The position numbers were made by a program, and so were the translations under genes. A stretch of DNA of 64,000 nt. Source: Akkermansia muciniphila. Lineage in GTDB: Bacteria > Verrucomicrobiota > Verrucomicrobiia > Limisphaerales > UBA9464. This document shows positions 1 to 8,300 of the stretch, one piece after another. The stretch covers positions 4,871 through 68,870 of the forward strand of contig CAMDGV010000012.1 in NCBI GenBank assembly GCA_945898055.1. Reading direction: 5' to 3'. The first letter of the stretch is position 1. Every line of letters begins with the position of its first letter. The notes under the pieces were generated by a model. It had not been told where the DNA came from. It made no database searches and saw only the letters and a program-made list of their open reading frames with translations.

Positions 1-431
1 GGATGCCCTCGGACGGAACTGATAGCAGGAATTTGCTTTTTGAGGCGGGGTTCAAGAAGCAGCGCGAGACGGCCAGTTAACGACGGAGGCACGACACGCC
101 TTGCGGCTGCAAGGAGCGCCGGCGATCCTGCAAGCAATCCACGAGCGATTGATCGCCTTAGAACCCGGGCGAATTAATTCGCTGATCCTACCGAAAAGCC
201 CGCTCGGGAAGGCGATCAGTTATACCCTTGGGCAATGGACGGCATTGCAGCGATATCTGGAAGAGGGCGTTTATGGGATCGATAATAATCTAGTTGAGAA
301 CGCCATTCGGCCCACCTGTATTGGGAAGAAGAACTGGCTCTTCATTGGGCACCCGGACGCCGGATGGCGGAGTGCGGAGTGCGGTAATTTACAGCATTTT
401 AACTACATCACCGCGATACGGGTTAGATCCG
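1..431 (+). pseudogene. IS66-family transposase, C-terminal remnant (frameshifted, with stops)
   Basis: ORF 101..493 reads LPKSPLGKAISYTLGQWTALQRYLEEGVYGIDNNLVENAIRPTCIGKKNWLFIGHPDAG, the conserved IS66 Tnp block. The continuation GGVRSAVIYSILTTSPRYGLDP is in another frame (ORF 294..497). In-frame TGA and TAG lie at nt 20-25. Confidence 0.75.
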
Positions 432-984
432 GTGGGGTCACTCTTTTTGGCGATGGATTTATCGAGAATCAGGATGCTGGTCTTCATTCCTGAGTAGGGA
501 TTGAAGCAGCCCGCCGGCAGCGACACGACGGCGACAAGGGAATTTTCGACAAGCATCTTCCGCAGCTCTTTGTAGGCGGTCTGGCTCTGGAGATGATGCC
601 CTCGGGTACGATGATGGCGGCGCGACCGGTGGGCGTGAGGTGCTCGGCCATGTAGTCCACGAAGAGGACTTCGCTGCGCTTGGCTTGGATGGAGAAGCGC
701 TTGTGGGGCTTGATGCCACCTTTCGGGGACATGAAGGGCGGGTTGGCGAGGATGACGTCGGCGAATTCGTTCCAACGCTCCTCGGAGGTGGGTGTGTCGT
801 ATTCGTAGATGTGCGGATCGGTGAAGCCGTGGAGGTAGAGGTTCACCAGCAAGAGGCGCACCATGTCGGGCGAGATGTCGTAGCCCTTGAAATTCTTGGC
901 GAGGCGGCCCTTTTCTTCGGGAGTGAGCTGGCTGTGGCCTTTCTTGTCGGTGTCGATGCGGCGTTTGGTATCGGAGTCGAGCAT
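389..984 (-). pseudogene. hsdM: Type I R-M N6-adenine DNA methyltransferase (HsdM) remnant, N-terminally truncated and frameshifted
   Basis: GYDISPDMVRLLLVNLYLHG ... ILANPPFMSPKGG ... GRAAIIVPEGII (frame of ORF 484..1107) continues as QSQTAYKELRKMLVENSLVAVVSLPAGCFNPYSGMKTSILILDKS in the frame of ORF 389..1243, so there is a frameshift near nt 583-592. No AdoMet motif I or N-terminal domain is present. The 3' end abuts the IS66 remnant. Confidence 0.75.
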
Positions 985-989
985 GGTGA

Positions 990-1757
990 TTAAACGGGTG
1001 TGGTGCCTTTGCAGTCGGGGTATTTGGTGCAGCCCCAGAATTGGCTGCCGGCGTTTTTGCCGGTCTTGGCGGTGCGGAGGGCCATTTGGGCTCCGCACTG
1101 GGGGCATTTGGGAATGGGATCGGACGGATTGGGCGGATCTGACGGATCGGTCTGATCTTGTTTTCGCCGGTGGGCGAGGCGGGCGGTGGCGAGTTGTTCG
1201 CTGTAGCCGCCACCTTCGACGAAACCCTTCTCCAGAGCGGCAATCTGGCGGTCGAGGAGGAAGTTGGCCTGGTGGATCAGGCAGATGAGGGCGTTGGCGC
1301 GGATGGCGGGGTCGGCATGGCCAAGCCAGCGTGAGTAGAGAGCGGCGCGCTCTGCGTCGGGGAGATCCGACAGATCGGACGGATTTGACGGATCAGGCAG
1401 ATCTTTGCGGAACTCTTGGGGGACTCGCCGCACGGCCATGGCTTCCGGGCTGTCGGGTGCCCACGCTGGGAGACGGCGGTGGCGGAGGAAGTCTTCGTAG
1501 TCGAGGAGCAGCTCTTCGAGGCTGGCGCGGGCGACGTTGACAAGGCGCAACTCGGTCTGCGAGGAGGTGGCTGCGGCGCGGCTGCCTTCGGCGATGTTCT
1601 GGCGACCCGAGCGGGCGGCCTGCACCATCTGGTCCACGGTGCGGGAGCGGGAGTCGAGGAACTTCTCGCAGAACCACACGGTGGCATCGTAGATGAGCGT
1701 GGTGGTCTGAAAACTCACGGTGTCGCGGTAGCCACCGCTGGGTCTGAGTTTCTTCAT
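990..1757 (-). CDS. Four-helix-bundle protein (23S rRNA intervening-sequence protein family) with suffix domain and C-terminal topoisomerase-type C4 zinc ribbon
   Basis: N-terminus YRDTVSFQTTTLIYDATVWFCEKF...QMVQAARSGRQNIAEGSRAA...ARASLEELLLDYEDFL matches the four-helix-bundle family. The middle segment is ANALICLIHQANFLLDRQIAALEKGFVEGGGYSE. The C-terminus is CPQCGAQMALRTAKTGKNAGSQFWGCTKYPDC. The ORF is intact, and its ATG overlaps the upstream stop (ATGA at 1754-1757). Confidence 0.8.
   Translation of the reverse strand: MKKLRPSGGYRDTVSFQTTTLIYDATVWFCEKFLDSRSRTVDQMVQAARSGRQNIAEGSRAAATSSQTELRLVNVARASLEELLLDYEDFLRHRRLPAWAPDSPEAMAVRRVPQEFRKDLPDPSNPSDLSDLPDAERAALYSRWLGHADPAIRANALICLIHQANFLLDRQIAALEKGFVEGGGYSEQLATARLAHRRKQDQTDPSDPPNPSDPIPKCPQCGAQMALRTAKTGKNAGSQFWGCTKYPDCKGTTPV
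1117..1157. repeat. 9-bp tandem repeat tract (ggatcggac / ggattgggc / ggatctgac / ggatcggtc / tgatc) inside the four-helix-bundle gene
   Basis: Read directly. It encodes the DQTDPSDPPNPSDPIP linker on the minus strand. Confidence 0.85.
1363..1403. repeat. Second 9-bp tandem repeat tract (agatccgac / agatcggac / ggatttgac / ggatcaggc / agatc), same orientation as 1117..1157
   Basis: Read directly. It encodes the DLPDPSNPSDLSDLPD linker on the minus strand. Confidence 0.85.
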
Positions 1758-2272
1758 GCGGCGAATTGGTTCAGGGAGACGTAGTCCTTGATGTATTCCG
1801 GGATGAGCGTGCGGTATTTCCCTGGGACGGCGCGAAAGTCTTTGGTGGTGAAAACGGGATTCGTGGCGAGGTCGATCAGCTCGTCGGAGTCGATGTTGTG
1901 GCGAATCTGGTCACTGGTGGCGTGGGCCTTGAAGTAGGTCTTCAGCGCTGGAATGGCCTCGGCCTCGTCGGGCTTGTAGTCGGCGACGAACTTGGAGAAC
2001 TCCTTTTCGAGCAAGTCGTCCTTCGATTTGAAGCGTGGGATGAGGCCGGAAATCTTTTCGAGGATTTCGCAGAGACCAAGACGGTGGTCCACGGCGGCGG
2101 CTTTTCGGAGCTTATCGAGGTTGTAGAACTCGTTTGGTTTTTCGAAGAGCTCCTTGTTTACGTAGTCGATGACGCGGTCCCACTGGCCGGCCTCGAACTG
2201 ATAGGAAATTGCTTTTTGACGGGGAGGGGAAAAAGGAGAATTGGTTTTTGGTGGGCTAATTTTGCACTGCAT
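1754..2272 (-). pseudogene. Restriction-enzyme R-subunit C-terminal-domain-like fragment (EcoEI_R_C-like), lacking nuclease and helicase domains
   Basis: The tail ...AIPALKTYFKAHATSDQIRHNIDSDELIDLATNPVFTTKDFRAVPGKYRTLIPEYIKDYVSLNQF resembles C-terminal domains of type I HsdR proteins (from memory, not searched). Upstream it is cut off by an IS91-like remnant. Confidence 0.4.
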
Positions 2273-2458
2273 ACTCCTCGAAAATAAGCGGTCAATGTCC
2301 CCGCTGACAGGTTTTTGCGATCTAACTTTTTAGTGCCTGAAGGTTTTCTGGGTGCTTCGTGCTTCGTTCGGCTTATGATTCGAAGAGGGGATTTGTCATT
2401 TTAGGGCTTTGTATTGCCGCTTTTGGGTAGCGAATTGGGTTGCACGAGTTGGAGGTGC

Positions 2459-2740
2459 TTAATCGGTAATGACGGTTTCGTAGTCGGGCATGATTTGCTC
2501 CTCAATCAAAATGTATTGGCAAAGGCTCTCGCGTTCAGCGCGGTTCTCCTGCGGGATGCTGAGTCCCCAATCGACATTAAAACCCGTATGTTTCCAGGTC
2601 CGCATTCGGGCAACGAGATCAAGGGTGATGAAGCCGAGTCGGGTTAGTTCGGAAAGGAGTTGGGCACTGAAAAGTTGTTCTAAATCGAGGTATTCGCCGA
2701 AGGTGTGAAGGGTGAGATAGAAGGCGGAAAGCCCATTGGG
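2459..2740 (-). pseudogene. IS91-family (Y2/HUH) transposase internal or C-terminal remnant
   Basis: My translation of the minus strand gives PNGLSAFYLTLHTFGEYLDLEQLFSAQLLSELTRLGFITLDLVARMRTWKHTGFNVDWGLSIPQENRAERESLCQYILIEEQIMPDYETVITD*. The W-[KR]-H-[ST]-G-F-[NS]-V and L-x-Y-I-[LI] blocks are typical of IS91-like transposases. There is no start codon, and it is bounded upstream by TAA at 2741-2743. Confidence 0.55.
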
Positions 2741-2756
2741 TTAATAGAGAGGGTTG

Positions 2757-2851
2757 CCCACGAATCGCACGAATCTCCACGAATAAAACGAGGCAGAGAC
2801 CACGCCTTTTTCAGTTGTTTTGTATTCGTGCCCATTCGTGAAATTCGTGGG
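2757..2851. repeat. REP-like long imperfect hairpin built from three stacked CACGAAT/ATTCGTG heptamers per arm, with an inner A-run/stem/T-run
   Basis: The left arm is cccacgaat-cg-cacgaat-ctc-cacgaat (2757-2784). The right arm is attcgtg-ccc-attcgtg-aa-attcgtggg (2824-2851). The loop contains aaaacgaggc...gccttttt. It lies 17 nt downstream of the cobW-like stop. Confidence 0.7.
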
Positions 2852-2867
2852 CCTTTCCTCCTCCGCG

Positions 2868-3869
2868 TCAAAAAAGCAATTTCCGATCAATATCAATAAT
2901 CCCAGTGATCAACCGCCGAAGTGCTGTCTTGTGTTGCTCGGGATTTAGATTGGGACCGATCAGCACCGCCACGCTATCGGGTTCGGGTTTGCCCTGAAAT
3001 TCCTCGATTAAATGATGCCCCCAGAGGGTTTGGAAAAGATAGAGCCGACCTGGGCTACGGGTGAACCGGACAAATCCTTTGGCCCGGACGACTTCTTTGG
3101 GATCCAATTGGGTAAGAAATGTCTCAAAAGCCTGCCGCTCCACTGGGACTGGGAAGCGCCAAGTCACACTTTGATAGGAGGCATGAAGGTGGGTGACATC
3201 ACTGGTGACTTTCTGGAGGGGTGTTTCAAGATCGAGTTGTTGCTCTGAAGGTAGACGACGCAACAAAGTGCCGATCTCTGGAAGACCAAAGGGTAAACGG
3301 ACGCATTCAGCGCGGGGGTTCACCTGATGAATGGCGGCTTCAATGGTATCGATTTCGTCGGGTTCGATTCTGTCACATTTGGAGATGCAAACGACTTGGG
3401 CAAATTCAATTTGGCGTCGAGCCAGCACCCGATCTCCAGCATCTCCGCTACTCTTGCCAGCATACCAAGGGCCGTCTACTACGGTAACAACCGCTTGCAA
3501 TCGGCTCATCTTCAGCAAGTCCGCATCGGTTAGGATATCAATGACGCTGTCGGGATCCGCCAAGCCGCTGGTCTCGACAACCAAATAGTCGCAATCGCCA
3601 GAGGCGGCTAATTGGCGGATAGCTCGGTCGAGTTCATTATCGGGAGCGCAACAAACACATCCACCGCTGACCTGTTGAATCGGGAGTCCTGGACGACCGA
3701 TGATTTGGCTATCTACGCTTTCCTGTCCAAACTCATTCATCACTACCCCTAGGCGTAAACCAGTGGCAGGAGACTCTTGGAGCCATCGCAGCAGGAGCGT
3801 TGTTTTGCCGGCTCCTAAGAACCCAGTTAGCAGGATGACCGGGATCCGGTTCGGTGAGTTGGCGCTCAT
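2868..3869 (-). CDS. CobW/COG0523-family G3E GTPase (putative metallochaperone)
   Basis: P-loop GFLGAGKTTLL, GCVCCAPDNEL (CxCC motif), ETSGLADP, and a CobW C-terminal-like domain. Confidence 0.9.
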   Translation of the reverse strand: MSANSPNRIPVILLTGFLGAGKTTLLLRWLQESPATGLRLGVVMNEFGQESVDSQIIGRPGLPIQQVSGGCVCCAPDNELDRAIRQLAASGDCDYLVVETSGLADPDSVIDILTDADLLKMSRLQAVVTVVDGPWYAGKSSGDAGDRVLARRQIEFAQVVCISKCDRIEPDEIDTIEAAIHQVNPRAECVRLPFGLPEIGTLLRRLPSEQQLDLETPLQKVTSDVTHLHASYQSVTWRFPVPVERQAFETFLTQLDPKEVVRAKGFVRFTRSPGRLYLFQTLWGHHLIEEFQGKPEPDSVAVLIGPNLNPEQHKTALRRLITGIIDIDRKLLF

Positions 3870-3902
3870 GATTTTAGAAGACCGTCCACTCTGAAAAGGA
3901 GT

Positions 3903-5333
3903 CTAATGATTGATTGAGGCTAGTTCCGTCCAGAGGTGTGCGGCCATACGCATTCCTTTGGTATAGGCCTCGAGGTTAAATTTTTCATTGGGTGAATGAG
4001 GATTATCGTCCGGTAACGACATGCCGATCAAGAGTGTCTCCGCTTTGAGATGCCGTTTGAATGCCGAGACAATGGGGATGCTGCCGCCCTCGCGGGTGAT
4101 GAGTGCTTCGCAGCCAAAGCCTGCGGTGATGGCTCGGAGCGCGGCTTGGGCGGCGGGGCCTTCTGGAGAAACCACATAAGGTTCGCCGACATGACCGTCT
4201 GAGAAACTTATTCGGACGGAGGGCGGGCAGAGAGCTTTGAGTTGACGTTTGAGGGCGGCGAGAATGCGCGTTGGTTTTTGGTTAGGGACCAAACGAAAAG
4301 TGAGTTTGGCACTGGCCCAAGCGGGAACGATTGTTTTGCTGCCTTGCCCCTGATAACCGCTGGTAAGTCCGTTAATCTCGAAAGTGGGGCGCGCTGTGCG
4401 TCGCTCGTTGGTGGTGTAGCTGATTTCCCCGCTTAATTCCGGCACCCCCAGAAAACGGGCATATTGTTTTTCATTGATCGGGATCTGAGCCATTTGAGCC
4501 CGTTCGTACTTCGAGAGGGCAACGACCTCATCGTAGAATCCGGGGACATTAACCCGGCCCTTGCGGTCACGAAGATCCGCAAGAATTTGGCAAAGAGCCA
4601 GTGCGGGATTTTCTAAGCTGCCTCCAAAAATACCGGAATGAAGATCTCTGGATGGGCCGTCAATCCGAACTTCCAGTGCGACAATCCCGCGCAGAGCGTA
4701 GGTGAGTGAGGGTTGTTGCAGGGAGGGAATACCATTGTCTGAGATCACTACTCCATGACAAGCCAACAGCGAACGGTGGGTTGGGAGGAACTCATACAGG
4801 TGGGTGGATCCGATTTCTTCTTCACCCTCAATCAGGAAGGTAAGGTTACAGGGCAGAGGGGTGCCGGTGCGGATGTAGGCTTCAACGGCATTGAGGTGGG
4901 CTAAATGTTGTCCTTTATTATCACAGGAACCGCGGGCGTAAAGGTTGCCGTTCTCAATCCGGGGTTCAAAGGGGGGACTGGTCCACAAATCAAACGGTTC
5001 AGGCGGCTGAACATCGTAGTGTCCATAAACCAGATAGGTGGGTTTCTTGGGGTTATGAGGCTGAGTTTTAGCCACTACGATGGGGTGTCCCGCAGTTTCG
5101 TGAGTCACCGTTTCCAACCCTAATTCGAGGCAGCGATTGGCGATCCAATGGGCGGCAGTTCTTAGGTCTGGCTTGTGCTTTTCTTGGGCACTGACGCTCG
5201 GAATGCGCAGGTAGGTGCAAAGATCTGCGGTGTGCCTTTGTTCATTGGCAGCGAGATAGTCTAAGACGGCACGCATGGCTCGAAATTGTTCAGGGTTTTT
5301 AATGGTTTTCTGATCATTTTTTCGGGCGTCCAA
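3903..5333 (-). CDS. M20-family metallopeptidase (dipeptidase-like)
   Basis: YGHYDVQPPEPFDLWTSPPFEPRIENGNLYARGSCDNKGQ and FLIEGEEEIGS are typical M20 motifs. Its start overlaps the asmA-like stop by 20 nt. An alternative ATG lies at 5276. Confidence 0.85.
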   Translation of the reverse strand: MDARKNDQKTIKNPEQFRAMRAVLDYLAANEQRHTADLCTYLRIPSVSAQEKHKPDLRTAAHWIANRCLELGLETVTHETAGHPIVVAKTQPHNPKKPTYLVYGHYDVQPPEPFDLWTSPPFEPRIENGNLYARGSCDNKGQHLAHLNAVEAYIRTGTPLPCNLTFLIEGEEEIGSTHLYEFLPTHRSLLACHGVVISDNGIPSLQQPSLTYALRGIVALEVRIDGPSRDLHSGIFGGSLENPALALCQILADLRDRKGRVNVPGFYDEVVALSKYERAQMAQIPINEKQYARFLGVPELSGEISYTTNERRTARPTFEINGLTSGYQGQGSKTIVPAWASAKLTFRLVPNQKPTRILAALKRQLKALCPPSVRISFSDGHVGEPYVVSPEGPAAQAALRAITAGFGCEALITREGGSIPIVSAFKRHLKAETLLIGMSLPDDNPHSPNEKFNLEAYTKGMRMAAHLWTELASINH

Positions 5334-8300
5334 AGGCCTTCAATAAGTCGCCAACCGGATTGGCTGGGGCGTTTGTTGAGGGACCCGACGGCCGGTTAGT
5401 GGCTTTAAGGCCTCCGCCGAGCAGCGAGCCAAAGGTGTTGACGGCTCCATTGAGGAGGGTACTCGGTTCGGTCTTGATTGGGGGTATCGCATTGGTCTTG
5501 GTGCCGCCGGCAAGATTGCCTAAAAGATTAGCCGCACCGGCGATTTTATTTCCCACATTAGTACCAAGCCCCCCCATCGCGCGGCCCATGGTCCGTAGTC
5601 CATATCCGGCAAGCGCCGTGTAGTTAATGTCTGCCTTAGGAGTGCCTACGGTGCCTTTGATGGTCAAGAACGCCGGGAACGGCACGAACACCGCGTTGGT
5701 TGGGGTCCCCGGATCTAAAAGCGATGCCTGAGCGGCCAGCGATCGTTCAAGGGCGATGATCACGGGAATTTGGAGCGATGAGTTGGTGAGAATTGGCAAG
5801 ATTTGAATTCCCCCGCTCGCCTCAGCTTTAAAGGCGGCACTCTGAAGACGGGCCGTTTTTATGGCGAAAGTGCCGCCTGAGACATCGCCCGAAAGTGTGA
5901 TGACATCCAGAGGTTTAGCTTGGAGTTGCTCGATCCACGGTTCAGTCGCTACGGGAGACCCGCCGGTGACTCGGGTGAGAAGTCCACTGACAGCGGCGGT
6001 AGGATCCTTGATCAACCGTGGAATATTGATCACCACCCCGATAATTGTCTTCACCAGCGGACTGGTTGCCTCGTTTAGTTTGAGATTCAGATTGGTCGCG
6101 GTAAATCCGAAGCCGCCCGTTAAATGGGAGGCAAGGTTAGTCCCGGTGACACCGGTTCCTTTAAGGGCGGTGTTTAAGGTGACAGTTCCGTGGATTTGAC
6201 CGCGTCGGTCGGGCATGAAGGAGTTAATAAAAGGCTCCAATGGAATGGCACCCGACTTGATATCCAGATCGTAGCTGTATCCGGGCACACTGAGGTCGGC
6301 GAGGACTTTGGCTGAAATCGGAGCATCATTCAGTTTCAGGAGGAAGGGATTTAGATGAATCGACCCGTTTGTCAGGGCGATCTGCCCCTTCAAACCGGCG
6401 ATATTTATTTCCTTCAAAAGGATCCGTGCAATGTCGATATCAGCGGTAAATTGACGGAAGGGAAGAGTGATCGGAACCGGTTCTCCGTCGGCCACTGAAG
6501 AGGTCGGCACCTTAGCTGCAGGGGTGGCTGATTTTGTGCCGCTATTTGTTGAGGGCGCGTCTCCCATAAAAAGAGTGAACAGAGAGGTAAGATCAAGTCC
6601 GTCACTCTTGAGACTCATCGCACTGGGACTTGGATTGGTTTTGGCGATATCGATTTGCCCAGCCAGTGTCAATTGATTGAGCAAGTTGGTAGTTTTGCCT
6701 AAATCGATGAGGACCTTGCGTAGATTTACCGAGGAATTTTTCTTTGCGACATCAAGAGTGAGCCCGAGAGCCAAAGGCGTTTTTGGAAGATGACCCGCTG
6801 GATCTTCAACGATAAGACGTGAAACCTGTAGATCCGATTTGAGGTCGGCATCGAAGTCGGATGTTGTTCGGTTTTGGGAGAAAGCTGCGGAACCGTTGGC
6901 ATCGAGGCGAATAGAAGTCAATCGGTTAGGCAAGAAGGGAACAGCGACAAACGGTGCGAGAGCGTTTTCATTCAGATTTACCGCTTGGTAGGAGATTTTT
7001 CCATCGCCGCGAGCAAGATCGTATTGGCCGGATAAAGTGAGTGAGCCGCCACTATTGAAGCCCGTCTCGGGTGCGATCGTGAGCCGCTGTAGAGAGAGAG
7101 AAGTTCCTGAGATATCGGCGCTTAGACCGACCACTGCCTTGTAGTTCTTAAAGTTACTTTTTCCTACTGTTCCTGCGAAATCGGTTAAAGTCAGATCAAC
7201 CGAAACATTTGTTGTGCCAGACTTGGTGCTGAAGGCACTGGAGAAGCGGAGCCCACCCGAAGAAATATTAAGGCTATCGACCGGTGCCTCCGCAAGAAGG
7301 GCAGGCAGATTAAGTTCGCCGGAAGCTTGAACCCCAGATTCCTTGCCACTCAGGTTATAGTTTAATGAACCGGTCAGGTTGGCCAACTGAAGTTGCTGGC
7401 GGCCGATAGTTAGGTTGAACTGGCTGACGCCAAGTTGGTTAAACTCAAGAAGCGCCGCGTTTAGTTTGATCGAGGAACGGAGCCCTCTAATCGGCTTCCC
7501 AGCAACTTCGGCCCCAATATCTTCAATGACAGCATCGAGTGTCGCCTTTAGATCGCGCCCATCTCGATCAGTCCGAACAGTGAGAGAAGAAGTTAGAGTT
7601 CCCGAAGGCAGGCCGGGCCCGGTGAGGGCGGTCCAGTCACGTGAATTGAGGGCCGCAAGTTTCAGTGAAAATGTTGAGTCTCGGAATCCCTTGCTGACCG
7701 AACCCCACGCTAAATTCATCGGACGATCCAAGGCTCCGGCGATCAAGGTAGCTCCGGCTTGGGTGCCAGTGAGTTCTACTTTCTCAACCGTGGCCGAACC
7801 TTCTTTCAGATCCACTCCCCCCTTGTAGTCCAAGCCGATTTGCAGGGTTGGAGTGACGCCATTGCTGCTGGTCAGGGTTAAGTCGTTGATTTGAAGGCGC
7901 CCTTGGGAAGTGATCTGTTCACCCAGTTGCACAAGATTAACTCGGCCTTGAGCGGAGAGAACTGTTTTGCCTAAATCGAAGGGAAGAGCGGGTGCTCCGA
8001 GCCGGACCACCCGCCGATCGATACCCCCAATTTTATAGAAGATGGAGGCCTCTTTTTTCGGTAGGTCGTAGGTGCCAGTAAGTTCAACTGAGGCGAATGA
8101 TTTCCCGTCTTGTAAAAAATTAAGCTGTAATTGTCGGAGATCAGAACTTGTTGCATCCAAGTCAAGGACTGCTCCCAAGCTGGACAAATCCTTCAAACCA
8201 CCCGAAGCCGAAGTGAAGTCGGTTCTTAGTTTGCCTTTGAGAAGTTCTGGCTTCAGTGCGGCGTTCAAATTGACTTCGTAGGCACCTTCGATCCGACCTG

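Noticed and set aside
389-1784. Long overlapping ORFs on both strands: 389..1243(-), 640..993(+), 887..1288(+), 1277..1687(-), 1393..1677(-), 1416..1784(+) and 1766..2287(+).
   Set aside because: Their translations are Arg/Pro/Gly/Ala-rich with no motifs. They are alternative-frame or antisense readings of the GC-rich hsdM remnant, four-helix-bundle gene and R-fragment, all of which have clear family signatures. The only useful part is the C-terminal 60 aa of 389..1243, which is the shifted continuation of hsdM.
2680-2899. Small ORFs 2680..2871(-) and 2705..2899(+), which cover the heptamer hairpin.
   Set aside because: Peptides such as HESHESPRIKRG are simply translations of the CACGAAT repeat palindrome. 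The region is better explained as a REP-like element plus the end of the IS91 remnant.
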